Positions 26,979 through 36,370 of a stretch of DNA of 49,197 nucleotides are shown piece by piece. Both the position numbers and the translations under genes were made by a program. The notes under the pieces are model-generated. The model had not been told where the DNA came from and ran no database searches. It saw nothing but the letters and a program-made list of their open reading frames with translations. The stretch is from a virus. Its lineage: Duplodnaviria; Caudoviricetes. The first letter of the stretch is position 1, and the number at the start of each line of letters is the position of its first letter. The DNA lies in the IMG/VR virus record IMGVR_UViG_3300028586_000397, positions 1 through 49,197 of that record; one strand, written 5' to 3'.

Positions 26979-27277
26979 TGTTCGACGAGCTCGAGGCGCG
27001 ACTGAACCGGCTAGCGATGGAGCGCCTCGCCAACGCGACCGCCGTGATCAACGGCGAGGACGTGCCGGTGATCTTCGACGCGGAATACCAGGCAGGCACG
27101 GTCGGCGTGGGTATGGGTGCGGCAGTGCCGCAGATGGTCATCGCAAACACCCGCGTGCCGGCCGCGTTCATCGAGTCGCGCATCACCGTCAACGGCGCCA
27201 GGTGGCGCGTCGCTGACTGCCAGGCCGAAAACAGCCTGCCCACCGGCTTGAGCCTCGTACTGCTGGAGAAAGCATGA
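26978..27277 (+). CDS. Head-tail joining protein (gpFII-like)
   Basis: Size, synteny and beta-rich sequence (VPVIFD). Confidence 0.65.
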   Translation: MFDELEARLNRLAMERLANATAVINGEDVPVIFDAEYQAGTVGVGMGAAVPQMVIANTRVPAAFIESRITVNGARWRVADCQAENSLPTGLSLVLLEKA

Positions 27278-27720
27278 CCACTCAGCACATGGCAATCGCA
27301 CAGGCCCTGCAGGAGCGCCTGCAGTTGGCGTCGATCGCGGGCGGCCTGGTCTACATCAACCGCAGCCGCGCGCTGCCCAGCGACCGCGACAGCGCAGTCA
27401 ACGTGCGCCTTGCACGCGGCGCCTCGCAGGAGGCCTCGATGCTGGGCGGGCGCACCACCTGGAACACCCTGGTCGAGATCGAGTGCTATGGCCGCGATGG
27501 CGTCGACGACGTGGCCGGCGCCAAAGCCGACGAGGTGCTCGAAACCGTGTTCGACAACCTCGATAACGCAGACGGCTTTGCCTACGGCGTGATGGAAGTC
27601 TCTCCGCTGCCAGGCGACACGCTGGCGTGGGACTTCGACCAGCTGGACGCGAGCGTGGCCTGTATCACCGCACGCTTTGTAGTGAAACACCAAACCAATG
27701 GGAGAACCCTGAAGTTATGA
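27274..27720 (+). CDS. Tail terminator-like protein
   Basis: Synteny before the tail tube; 148 aa. Confidence 0.6.
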   Translation: MTTQHMAIAQALQERLQLASIAGGLVYINRSRALPSDRDSAVNVRLARGASQEASMLGGRTTWNTLVEIECYGRDGVDDVAGAKADEVLETVFDNLDNADGFAYGVMEVSPLPGDTLAWDFDQLDASVACITARFVVKHQTNGRTLKL

Positions 27721-27908
27721 AAACCCTAATCGACACCGCGGCCCCGGCTGCGGTCGCCGCTTCGCCCAGCGCTGTGCAGACGTCTGCACAGCAGTCGGCC
27801 GAGGTGCTGCACCAAGAACCAAGCACCGGCGGCAGCTACACCCGCAACCCCGAAACCGGCGACCTGGTCCGTGCAGACCAGGCGCCCGCCACCCCAGCGC
27901 AGGAGTAA
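27717..27908 (+). CDS. Small hypothetical protein (GGSYTRNPETGDLV motif)
   Basis: ATGA overlap; precedes the tail tube gene. Confidence 0.6.
   Translation: MKTLIDTAAPAAVAASPSAVQTSAQQSAEVLHQEPSTGGSYTRNPETGDLVRADQAPATPAQE
27771..27792. repeat. Palindrome copy 3 (22-bp perfect GCTGTGCAGACGTCTGCACAGC)
   Basis: Perfect; within the small tail-region ORF. Confidence 0.75.
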
Positions 27909-27911
27909 GTC

Positions 27912-28892
27912 ATGGCTGACCCACGTCTGATCAGGAAGACCGTCGTCCTGGCCAAGCTCGAAACCACGTATGGCGTTGACGCTGCCCCGACTGGCGCCGC
28001 TAATGCGCTGGTCGTGAGCAACCTGAGCGTCAACCCGCTGAATGCGGAATACATCGCGCGTGACATCATCCGCGATTACCTGGGCGGTTCGGAAGAGCTG
28101 GCCGGTGCACGCTACATGGAATGCGGCTTCGATATCGAGCTGGTTGGCTCCGGCCTGAACGCCGTGGCCCCTGCCTGGGGGCCGCTGATGCGTTCCATCG
28201 GCTTTGCCGAGGTCATCACGCCTGCCATACGCGTGGACTACGTGCCAATCTCCGGCGCCTTCGAATCGTCGACCATCTACTGGTATGACGATGGCGTGCT
28301 GCACAAGCTGCTTGGTGTGCGCGGTACGGCCACCCTCGACCTGGGCGTCGGCAAGAAGCCTGTCATCTCGTTCAAATTCATGGGCGTCGACGGCGGCAGC
28401 ACGGCAGTGCCAAACGTCAGCACCACCCTGACGGCTTGGCGCGTGCCCCAGGTTGTGCTGGATGCGAACTCCGGCAAGCTGACCTTCGGCGCGACGCACG
28501 CTGCAGCGACAGCGCCGGCGTTCATTGGCGGCACGCCATATCCGAGCGACGGCTTGACCATCGACCTGGGTATCAAGGCCCAGTTCCAGAAATTGCTGGG
28601 TGGTGAACGGATCAGCATTTCGGAACGCGACGTCACTGGTGCCGCCAAGCTGCAGCTGTCGGCAGCGGAAGAAGTCTCGTTCCTGAACGACATCAAGGCC
28701 AACAAGCTCACCAGCATTGGCTTGATCCACGGCACCGTCGCCAACGACAAGGTCGGCATCTTCATGCCTGCAGTGCAGCTGAAGGAGCCGACGAAGGAAG
28801 AGCTGAACGGCGAGCGCCTGATCGGCTACAAGCTGGGCATCAAGCCAAAAGTCGGCAACGACGAGATCCGCATCTTCACCAGCTTCGCATAA
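27912..28892 (+). CDS. Major tail tube protein
   Basis: LAKLETTYGVD N-terminus, GNDEIRI C-terminus, position before the chaperones. Confidence 0.85.
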   Translation: MADPRLIRKTVVLAKLETTYGVDAAPTGAANALVVSNLSVNPLNAEYIARDIIRDYLGGSEELAGARYMECGFDIELVGSGLNAVAPAWGPLMRSIGFAEVITPAIRVDYVPISGAFESSTIYWYDDGVLHKLLGVRGTATLDLGVGKKPVISFKFMGVDGGSTAVPNVSTTLTAWRVPQVVLDANSGKLTFGATHAAATAPAFIGGTPYPSDGLTIDLGIKAQFQKLLGGERISISERDVTGAAKLQLSAAEEVSFLNDIKANKLTSIGLIHGTVANDKVGIFMPAVQLKEPTKEELNGERLIGYKLGIKPKVGNDEIRIFTSFA

Positions 28893-28934
28893 ACCCCCGG
28901 GGCCGCGTGCCCCGGCAACCCAATAGGAATTCCC

Positions 28935-29279
28935 ATGGCAAAGAAATACAAGATCGCAGTGAGCAACACCGTCCCTGTGGTGGTCAAGGCAACCATCGCC
29001 GATGAGCACGGCAAGCTGGTCAACCACAAATTCACGCTGACCTGCGAGCGCCGCGACGCGGAGCAAATGAAGGACGTGGTGGCCGGCAGCTTCAACGCGC
29101 GCGACTTCATGAAGGAGGTAACCACCGGCTGGGAAGGCCAGCGCCTGGTTCTGGAAGAAGACGGCTCGCCGGCCGCGTTTGAACCCGATGCCCTCGAGGC
29201 GCTGCTCAACATCGGTGGCCTGGCCATGGTGGCATTCATCGCCTACGGCAAGGACTCGGCGGCCCAGGCAAAAAACTAG
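28935..29279 (+). CDS. Tail assembly chaperone (gpG-like)
   Basis: VTTGWEG motif; ends AKN* on a slippery site. Confidence 0.85.
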   Translation: MAKKYKIAVSNTVPVVVKATIADEHGKLVNHKFTLTCERRDAEQMKDVVAGSFNARDFMKEVTTGWEGQRLVLEEDGSPAAFEPDALEALLNIGGLAMVAFIAYGKDSAAQAKN

Positions 29280-29638
29280 AACAGGTCGCGCGCTGCGCGG
29301 CACTCGGGCTGATTGTTGACGACTCCCAGGAAGAAAGCGAGGCGTCGACGGTTGACGAGGCGGCCGCCGCTTTCGGCCTGATTCCAGTCTACGAACAAGA
29401 GCAGGTCTGGCCGCTGTACCTCTGGCCCGAGAACGTCCGGGCCTACATGTTTTTCAATGCGGTCTCGACCCAGTGGGTGGTCGGTCCCGGCGGCGTGGTC
29501 GGTCTCAACTACGTGGGCGTGGAAGTTGTCCGCGATGCCTGGCAGATCAAGCGGAAGGAATGGCCGAAGCTCTTCTCGGAATTGCAGGTGATGGAGCGCG
29601 CGACCTTGGCAGCGTGGAGAGAGAAAAAAAATAAATGA
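29270..29638 (+). CDS. -1 frameshift extension of the chaperone (gpGT-like, DUF1799-like)
   Basis: A AAA AAC slippery heptamer at 29270-29276; -1 frame open to 29638 encoding LWPEN...TQW..GLNY...LQVMERA. Confidence 0.85.
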   Translation, partial: KKLEQVARCAALGLIVDDSQEESEASTVDEAAAAFGLIPVYEQEQVWPLYLWPENVRAYMFFNAVSTQWVVGPGGVVGLNYVGVEVVRDAWQIKRKEWPKLFSELQVMERATLAAWREKKNK

Positions 29639-32600
29639 GCGAATCGAGAGTTGTAATTACCGCCGAGATTACTCGGGCCTTGGCCGAGTTCCGGCGCTTC
29701 CGCGAGCAGGCTACTGGCGCCCTGGAAGGAGTTGCCGCTATTGGCGGCAAGCTCAATGTCATGCTGGGCGCTGTTGGCCTTGCTCTATCGGCCGGGGCCA
29801 TCGTCGGCTGGATCAAGGGCGCGATCGACGCTACGGACGCCGCGTCCGACCTGTCGCAGAAAACTGGCATCGCGATCCAGGACCTCGCGGGCCTGGAACT
29901 GGCCTACCAGATGGGCGGCATGGAGGCCGAGGCCCTGGCCAGTAGCCAGACCAAACTGTCGAAGGCCATCGTCGACGGCAGCGAAGGGCTGGAGAAATTG
30001 CATATCAGCTCCAAGAACCTGGACGGCTCGTTCAAGAGCAACAAGCAGGTGATGTACGAGATCGCCGACCGCTTCGCCGGCATGGAAGACGGTGCCCAGA
30101 AAACTGCCCTGGCGATGTCGATCTTCGGCAAGTCCGGCGCCGACATGATCCCCATGCTCAATGGCGGATCGGACGGTATGCGCGAACTCGACGAGATGGC
30201 CAGGAAGCTCGGCCTCACGCTGGACGAAGAGGCAGTCGAGAACGCAGGCAACTTCAATGACACGCTCGACCTGTTGATGCTCGGCGGCCAGGGCGTGGCG
30301 CGCGGTATCGCCGCGGAGTTACTCCCTACGCTCAGCAGCTTGGCCGGTTCCTTCCTCACCGCCATGACCGAAGGCGATCGCCTTAAGACCGTTGGGCAGC
30401 TGATCGCGGGCGTGTTCAAGACCATCTATACGCTGGGCGTGCCTGTCGTCGAGCTGTTCTCGACGATCGGCAAGGTCATTGCTGGATTCGCAGCGATGGT
30501 TACGACCAACCTTACCGGCACGATCGACGTGCTGAAGAAGGTCGCCGGCGGCGATTTCAAGGGGGCATGGGACACGATCAAGCAAACGTCCGCATCCACG
30601 TCGGCCACGATCATCGATGTGGGCTCCGACATTGGCAAGGGCTGGACTGGCGCCTGGGATAACGTCGTCAACGTGTGGACCGACGGCGGCAACAAGATGG
30701 TCGACACGATGGTGGGCATCAAGCGTGAGGCTACCGTCGTTGGGCAAAGCGCGGCCGAAATAGCGAAGCAAGCTGCTGCTGCGAAGAAGGAGCAGGACGC
30801 CCAGGCGAAGATCCTGGCTGAATTGTCGGGCGTGACCTCCACATACATGGAGGACCTCTCCCGCCTGAACAGCATGTATCAGAAAGGGACTATCACCCAG
30901 GAGCAGTACGTCGCGCGGGTGACTGACTTGATCAACAAGCAGCCGGGTGTGAAAGCCGCGATCGAGGCCGAGACGAAGGCGCGCAAGGAAGCCGCAGATT
31001 TCGAAGAGCAGTACCTGGTTGCGAAGTCGAAGGTCGCCGACCTGCTGGGCGACCAGGTCAAGGCGGCCAAGGAAGAGGCCCAGCAGCAGGAAGACCTGGC
31101 GCGCACCTTTGGCTTGAGCCGCATCGAAATCGAGAAGCTCGAGCTGGCACGCCTTGAGGAACAGCTTGCCCAGCGTAGCTCGCTCGGGCTGACGCTGGAC
31201 GAAATCGAAACGCTGGAAAAGCTGATCGGCGCCAAGCAGCGCACGATGAATGCCTTGCGTAAGACCGAAGATCTCCAGGGGCAACGCGACCTGTGGGAGT
31301 CGATCGAGCGTACGGCGCACGACACGTTCATCAGCATCTTCGACAGCGGCAAGTCCGCGTTCGACCGCCTGAAGGACACGCTCAAGAACGGCTTGTACGA
31401 GCTGCTGTACCAGATGACGGTGAAGAAGTGGATCATCAACGTCACCGGCCAGGTCAACGGCCAGGGCGGAATTGCACAGATTGCCGACATGGTCAGCGGC
31501 TCAGGAACGGGGTCGGGGACCGGCGTGCTCGGGAATATTTCCAGCCTGATGAGCATCGGCAAGACCATCTATTCAGGCTTCTCGACTGGCCTGGCCAGCA
31601 GCATGGGCGGCTACATCACGCAGTTCGGTAACCTGATCGGCTCGCAGGGCATCTCAGCTTTCGGGACGGGGATGGGCCTGACCACATCCCAGGCCGGGGC
31701 TGCGGCATCGGCATATGGTGCCGCAGGCAACACCACAGTAGCAGGTGGGCTGAGTGCAGGTAGCAGCGTGGGCACTTACGCGATTCCGATTGCAGGGTGG
31801 GTCATGGCCGGCATGGCGTTGTCGAACTCCCTCTATAAACAGGGCTGGGATACCCACAATGGGACGGTAAAAGATCCTCTGCAATTGGGCGGCGGTATTC
31901 GGCTTTTTGACAATGCGTTGCGTGGCCTCGGCCTGAGTAACTCGGCCGCTAACATTTTCTCGGGCCAGGCTACCTTCGCGGCATTGTTCGGACGGAAGGC
32001 GCCGGTGGTTAAAGAGCATGGCCTGGAAGGAACGATCAACAGCTCCGGCTTTGTCGGGGATCGTTATGCCTATACGGTTGCCAAGGGCGGGGTGTTCCGC
32101 AGCGATAAATGGGATACCGTCCGGGCTGATCTCAGTAAGGAGCAGGATGCGAGCTTGGACACGACCGTCCAGGCAATGATCGCGGCGGTAAAGGGCTTTG
32201 GCGCTGCGTTGGGCGTTGAGACTTCAGTGATCGACGGGTACAGCAAAAAGATCATGTTCCAGCTCACGGACGACGACGCGAAGAACCAGGAGCTTATTGC
32301 CAAGATGTTCGGCGAGGTGGGCGACGAGCTGTCGCTCCGACTGGTTCCCTCAATCGGAAATCTTAGCAAAGCCGGTGAGACCGCCTCGGTTACTTTGCAG
32401 CGCGTGGCCACGAACTATGCCGGCGTCGACGCCGCGCTGACGTCCATCGGCAAGGAGTTTGCACAAAAGGGTCTGCAGTCCATCCCCGCGCGTGAGAGGC
32501 TGGTGGATCTGTTCGGTGGCGTCGACGTCCTGCTGCAAGCAACGGACGCCTATGCGCAAAACTTCCTGAACGAAGCCGAACGGATGAACCCTGTCGCGGC

Positions 32601-33699
32601 GGCGCTCGCCAACGAAATGGCTGGGCTTGGCCTTTCCAGCGTCACGACCCGTGCACAGTTCAAGCAGGTAATCGATGGCCTGGATGTGAGCACCGTGGCA
32701 GGTGCTCAGCAGTACGCCGCCATGATGAAGCTGGCCGGCGCATTTGCCGCTGTGTACCCCGAGATGGAGGCGGCGAACGATGCACTGCGAACCCAGGCAG
32801 ACATCCTCAGCGAACGTGCGGGCCTTCAGCGCGAGCTGGACCAGCTGACCATGACCACCTCCGAGCAGCGCGCGAAAGAGCGGGCTGCCCTCGACGCAAG
32901 CAATCGCGCCCTCTACGACCAGGTCATCCTGCAGCGCGACCTCAAGGCATCCACGCAAGCAGCATCCGAGGCCCTGCAGGATACGGTCGAAAGGCTGACC
33001 GCGACCAGGGATAGCACCACGGAGTATCGCAACTCGCTGATGCTGGGCAGCTTGTCGACCCTCACACCGTTGCAGAAGTACCTGGAAACCCAGCGGCAGT
33101 ACACCGACCAGGTGCAAAAGGCGCTGGCCAATCCAGCTGACTCCGCTGCCGTGTCCAGCGCCCAGGAAGCCGCAACGGCGTGGCTGACTGCGAGCCAGGT
33201 GGTGAACGCATCGAGCGCGGCGTTCATCGGCGACAAGTCGAAGGTGCTGAGCGACATGGAGCAGCTGGCCGCCATCGCCGGCGTGCAGATGACGGATGCC
33301 CAACGCCAGCTGTCTGCACTCGACAAGCAGGTGGTCGGGATCTCCCAGCTGAACGAGACCGCGGTTGCCATCCAGCAGGCGATTACCAGCCAGGCCGTGG
33401 AACCCGCCATGCCGGTGCCGGTATTCGACGTGCAGCGATATGCCGCCGCGTCGAGCGCGGCCAGCGAAACGCTGACGCAAGAGGTAAAGCAGCTCCGTCT
33501 CGAAAACGCAGCGCAACGCCTGGCACAAGCGGCCTTGCTCGGCGAGATGAAGCAGCTGCGCGCGGATGCGGCCCGTCATAGCGAAGCGCTCCTCACGGCA
33601 ACTGAAGGGATGGGTGACGCCATCACCGAGGGGGTCGGCGGTGCGTTCGAAAAGACCGCCTACAGGATGAGCAGCTTGACCAGGGTGGCTCCACGTTGA
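29635..33699 (+). CDS. Tail tape measure protein (1354 aa)
   Basis: Long Ala/Gly-rich helical protein after the chaperones; IFGKSGADMIPMLN motif. Confidence 0.93.
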   Translation: MSESRVVITAEITRALAEFRRFREQATGALEGVAAIGGKLNVMLGAVGLALSAGAIVGWIKGAIDATDAASDLSQKTGIAIQDLAGLELAYQMGGMEAEALASSQTKLSKAIVDGSEGLEKLHISSKNLDGSFKSNKQVMYEIADRFAGMEDGAQKTALAMSIFGKSGADMIPMLNGGSDGMRELDEMARKLGLTLDEEAVENAGNFNDTLDLLMLGGQGVARGIAAELLPTLSSLAGSFLTAMTEGDRLKTVGQLIAGVFKTIYTLGVPVVELFSTIGKVIAGFAAMVTTNLTGTIDVLKKVAGGDFKGAWDTIKQTSASTSATIIDVGSDIGKGWTGAWDNVVNVWTDGGNKMVDTMVGIKREATVVGQSAAEIAKQAAAAKKEQDAQAKILAELSGVTSTYMEDLSRLNSMYQKGTITQEQYVARVTDLINKQPGVKAAIEAETKARKEAADFEEQYLVAKSKVADLLGDQVKAAKEEAQQQEDLARTFGLSRIEIEKLELARLEEQLAQRSSLGLTLDEIETLEKLIGAKQRTMNALRKTEDLQGQRDLWESIERTAHDTFISIFDSGKSAFDRLKDTLKNGLYELLYQMTVKKWIINVTGQVNGQGGIAQIADMVSGSGTGSGTGVLGNISSLMSIGKTIYSGFSTGLASSMGGYITQFGNLIGSQGISAFGTGMGLTTSQAGAAASAYGAAGNTTVAGGLSAGSSVGTYAIPIAGWVMAGMALSNSLYKQGWDTHNGTVKDPLQLGGGIRLFDNALRGLGLSNSAANIFSGQATFAALFGRKAPVVKEHGLEGTINSSGFVGDRYAYTVAKGGVFRSDKWDTVRADLSKEQDASLDTTVQAMIAAVKGFGAALGVETSVIDGYSKKIMFQLTDDDAKNQELIAKMFGEVGDELSLRLVPSIGNLSKAGETASVTLQRVATNYAGVDAALTSIGKEFAQKGLQSIPARERLVDLFGGVDVLLQATDAYAQNFLNEAERMNPVAAALANEMAGLGLSSVTTRAQFKQVIDGLDVSTVAGAQQYAAMMKLAGAFAAVYPEMEAANDALRTQADILSERAGLQRELDQLTMTTSEQRAKERAALDASNRALYDQVILQRDLKASTQAASEALQDTVERLTATRDSTTEYRNSLMLGSLSTLTPLQKYLETQRQYTDQVQKALANPADSAAVSSAQEAATAWLTASQVVNASSAAFIGDKSKVLSDMEQLAAIAGVQMTDAQRQLSALDKQVVGISQLNETAVAIQQAITSQAVEPAMPVPVFDVQRYAAASSAASETLTQEVKQLRLENAAQRLAQAALLGEMKQLRADAARHSEALLTATEGMGDAITEGVGGAFEKTAYRMSSLTRVAPR

Positions 33700-33805
33700 A
33701 CTCCATAAAACTAGAAGCGAAGATGATGATTCACGAAACAACAGCGGTCGCTGCGCGCGGTACTGGCGCCCAACCTTCCATTGAACTGGAAGAGGGGGCT
33801 GGCCA

Positions 33806-36370
33806 ATGACCGCCAAGTTTGACCGCACCGCCGCCGATACGTACTTCTCGGCGCCAGACCATTCCGGCCTGACTATCCCAGTGTCCCCCGTGACTTGGGC
33901 TCTGGGCCTGGTCCTTTGCTTCGATGGCCTGACCACCGGGGACAACCCGCAGTATCTCGTTTCGACCAAGATGACCGGCAATTCCGGTGCGTTCAATATT
34001 GCGTACATGACGGACGAGGTGGCCACGGTGGAGCATCGCAACCGGATTGCGATGTATTTCAACACGCTTGTGGCGCCCACCCTGGTGACCGCCAACGACA
34101 TCAAGCCCGGCGAAAAATGGCTGTACGTGTTCCAGCAGACTGGCAGCACGGTCACCGTACGTCGGTGCCCGATCCTCAAGAATATGCCGACCGACGGCTC
34201 AGCTGTTGTTGCAGACGGCTCGGCGACGCGTAGCGCTGCCCTGGATGCCGGCGGCTTGTGGCTGGGCGCCCGTGCAAACGTGTCCGCAGACCGCATGCTC
34301 GATCAATCGATGGGCCGTTCGTTCTTCATATGGGGTTCGTTGACCGATCTGGAAGTTGCCAAGCTGGCCCACGGCGTGGAGATCACCGACCTGGGCAAGG
34401 CGCCTACATGGTATGCCCGCCTGGACAACGCCGATGATTTCGCCAATCGTGGCAGTCTGCCTATCGCATTCACCAAGAACGGCGCGATCGCGAACGGCAC
34501 CGACCCTGGCTTTGGCTACGGTGCTCCCGTCGAGGCGACGGCGCCCGCAATCAACGGCAAGCCAGCAATCAACGGTGCTGCTCAGGTCGGCCAGGCGGTA
34601 GGCTATACCCCTGCCGGTGCGACTGGATCGAATGCGCGTGCGCAGCAATGGTACGTCGACGGCGCCCTGGTTGGCACGGGCGCCACATACACGCCGGTCG
34701 CGAGCGACGTCGATAAAGCGCTGACCGTGCGCCAGCGCGAAACGAACGATACCGGCGTCACCAGTGCCGACAGCGACCCGGTTATCGTTACGGCTGTCTC
34801 GGCCAACAGCATCGACTTGGCCGCCGGCACCGCAGAGCGGATCTACCAGCGCATCGGAGGGAGCGCAGCCGTAGCGCTCTCGGGTGCCTACGTTGGCGTC
34901 CAGCCGACCAGCATCGAATACCAGCTGTACGCCGAGGACGGCGTCACCGTGCGTCAGGCTTGGGCGTCGATTGCCAGCCCGGCGATCGCCGGCGGCGCCT
35001 GGTCAGGCACGCCACAGATACCGCAGGGCGGCATGTACCGCCGGGCCGTGCGCAGCAAGAACGGGTCAAGTGTGCTGGCCACCTCGCCGGTCAGCGCCGA
35101 GCTGTTCGGCGTGGGCGACCTGTTCGCGTATGCCGGCTCCAGCAGCGCCGAGAAGCGCTTCGATTCAACCTCGGGCACTGGCTTTGTCGCGGCAGCGAAT
35201 GTGCGGAAGTACAGCTCGGCAGGCTGGGCCAAGTTCGGCACCGTAGGTTGCGGCATCATCGAAGCGAATGGCTTCGCGGCTGCAGCTGGCGTGCCCGTCG
35301 GCCTGATCGCTTATGGCTATGGCGGCTCGACCCTGGCGCAGTGGATCAACCTGACCCACGCACGCTGGACCAACTTCCGAAATGCGGTAACCGCTGTCGG
35401 CGGCAAGCTGGCCGGCGTATTGATCTTTGTCGGCTCGAATGACGCGGCAGATAACCTCGTCGTGTCGCGTGCGCAGCATGCCGCCAACCTGCGCACGTTG
35501 ATCTCCCGTATTCGCGCGCACGTCGAGCAGCCGGATCTGCCAATGCTGCTCAGCGGCTTCAATCGCCGCACCTCCAGCACGACCGACACCCAGGCGAATT
35601 TTGTGCGGATGGCCGAGAACGATGTCGGCGACGACGACGACGTGTGTCACGTCCAGACGCTCGACCTGCTGCTGTCCGGCGATGGCGTGCACCTGGCGAC
35701 TTCTGCCGCAGGCTTTCCCGCCAGTGCAAGTCGAAACGTCGACATATTCGGCCCATTCGTCTACCAGGGCGTCTACAAACGCGGGCCGAAAATGCTCGGG
35801 CTGGCGGTCATCGGCACCTCGGGCGTGGTCGAGCTGTCGCACCGAAGCGGCAATGATTTCAGCCCGGCTGCTGCGATCACCGGATTCGTTGCGACCGATG
35901 CACAAGGCGGCGCCGTCGAGATCACCGCAGCGACCCGTGTCAACGCTACGCACATTGCTCTGACCTTTGCCAGCCGGCCCGCCAGTCTCACTTACTTGGC
36001 CGGCGCCGCGCCTGCAGTAGGGACGCAAGTATTCGACAACGGCGTGCCGCCATTGCCGATGCACGTGCAGGCCGAGCCGCTCGCGGTGCCGGCGGAAGAG
36101 GAGGGCAACTACATCCGGGGCATTCTGGCGACGCGCAGCGGCGTGCTGCATCGCGACCTGGACAGCGTGGAGTGGGCGTTATTCAAGGAGTTGTCGCCAG
36201 CTTCGTTTGGTGCGCCAGTGGCAAAGGGCGTGCACGCGATGCCGTCCGGATCGGCAGGTCTTGAGGTCCTGGTCTCGGCGGCTGCTGTTCCTGCAGGCTG
36301 GTACATGCTGGTGTTGGCCAACCCGAGCGGAACGATGACGATGGCCTCTCCGATCCTGGTGGGCGAATGA
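33806..36370 (+). CDS. Tail-associated multidomain protein: LamG-like + Ig-like + SGNH (acetyl)esterase
   Basis: AGSSS / GYGGS / GSND / DGVH blocks; P.I.G.AQVGQ...QW Ig-like repeat. Confidence 0.7.
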   Translation: MTAKFDRTAADTYFSAPDHSGLTIPVSPVTWALGLVLCFDGLTTGDNPQYLVSTKMTGNSGAFNIAYMTDEVATVEHRNRIAMYFNTLVAPTLVTANDIKPGEKWLYVFQQTGSTVTVRRCPILKNMPTDGSAVVADGSATRSAALDAGGLWLGARANVSADRMLDQSMGRSFFIWGSLTDLEVAKLAHGVEITDLGKAPTWYARLDNADDFANRGSLPIAFTKNGAIANGTDPGFGYGAPVEATAPAINGKPAINGAAQVGQAVGYTPAGATGSNARAQQWYVDGALVGTGATYTPVASDVDKALTVRQRETNDTGVTSADSDPVIVTAVSANSIDLAAGTAERIYQRIGGSAAVALSGAYVGVQPTSIEYQLYAEDGVTVRQAWASIASPAIAGGAWSGTPQIPQGGMYRRAVRSKNGSSVLATSPVSAELFGVGDLFAYAGSSSAEKRFDSTSGTGFVAAANVRKYSSAGWAKFGTVGCGIIEANGFAAAAGVPVGLIAYGYGGSTLAQWINLTHARWTNFRNAVTAVGGKLAGVLIFVGSNDAADNLVVSRAQHAANLRTLISRIRAHVEQPDLPMLLSGFNRRTSSTTDTQANFVRMAENDVGDDDDVCHVQTLDLLLSGDGVHLATSAAGFPASASRNVDIFGPFVYQGVYKRGPKMLGLAVIGTSGVVELSHRSGNDFSPAAAITGFVATDAQGGAVEITAATRVNATHIALTFASRPASLTYLAGAAPAVGTQVFDNGVPPLPMHVQAEPLAVPAEEEGNYIRGILATRSGVLHRDLDSVEWALFKELSPASFGAPVAKGVHAMPSGSAGLEVLVSAAAVPAGWYMLVLANPSGTMTMASPILVGE

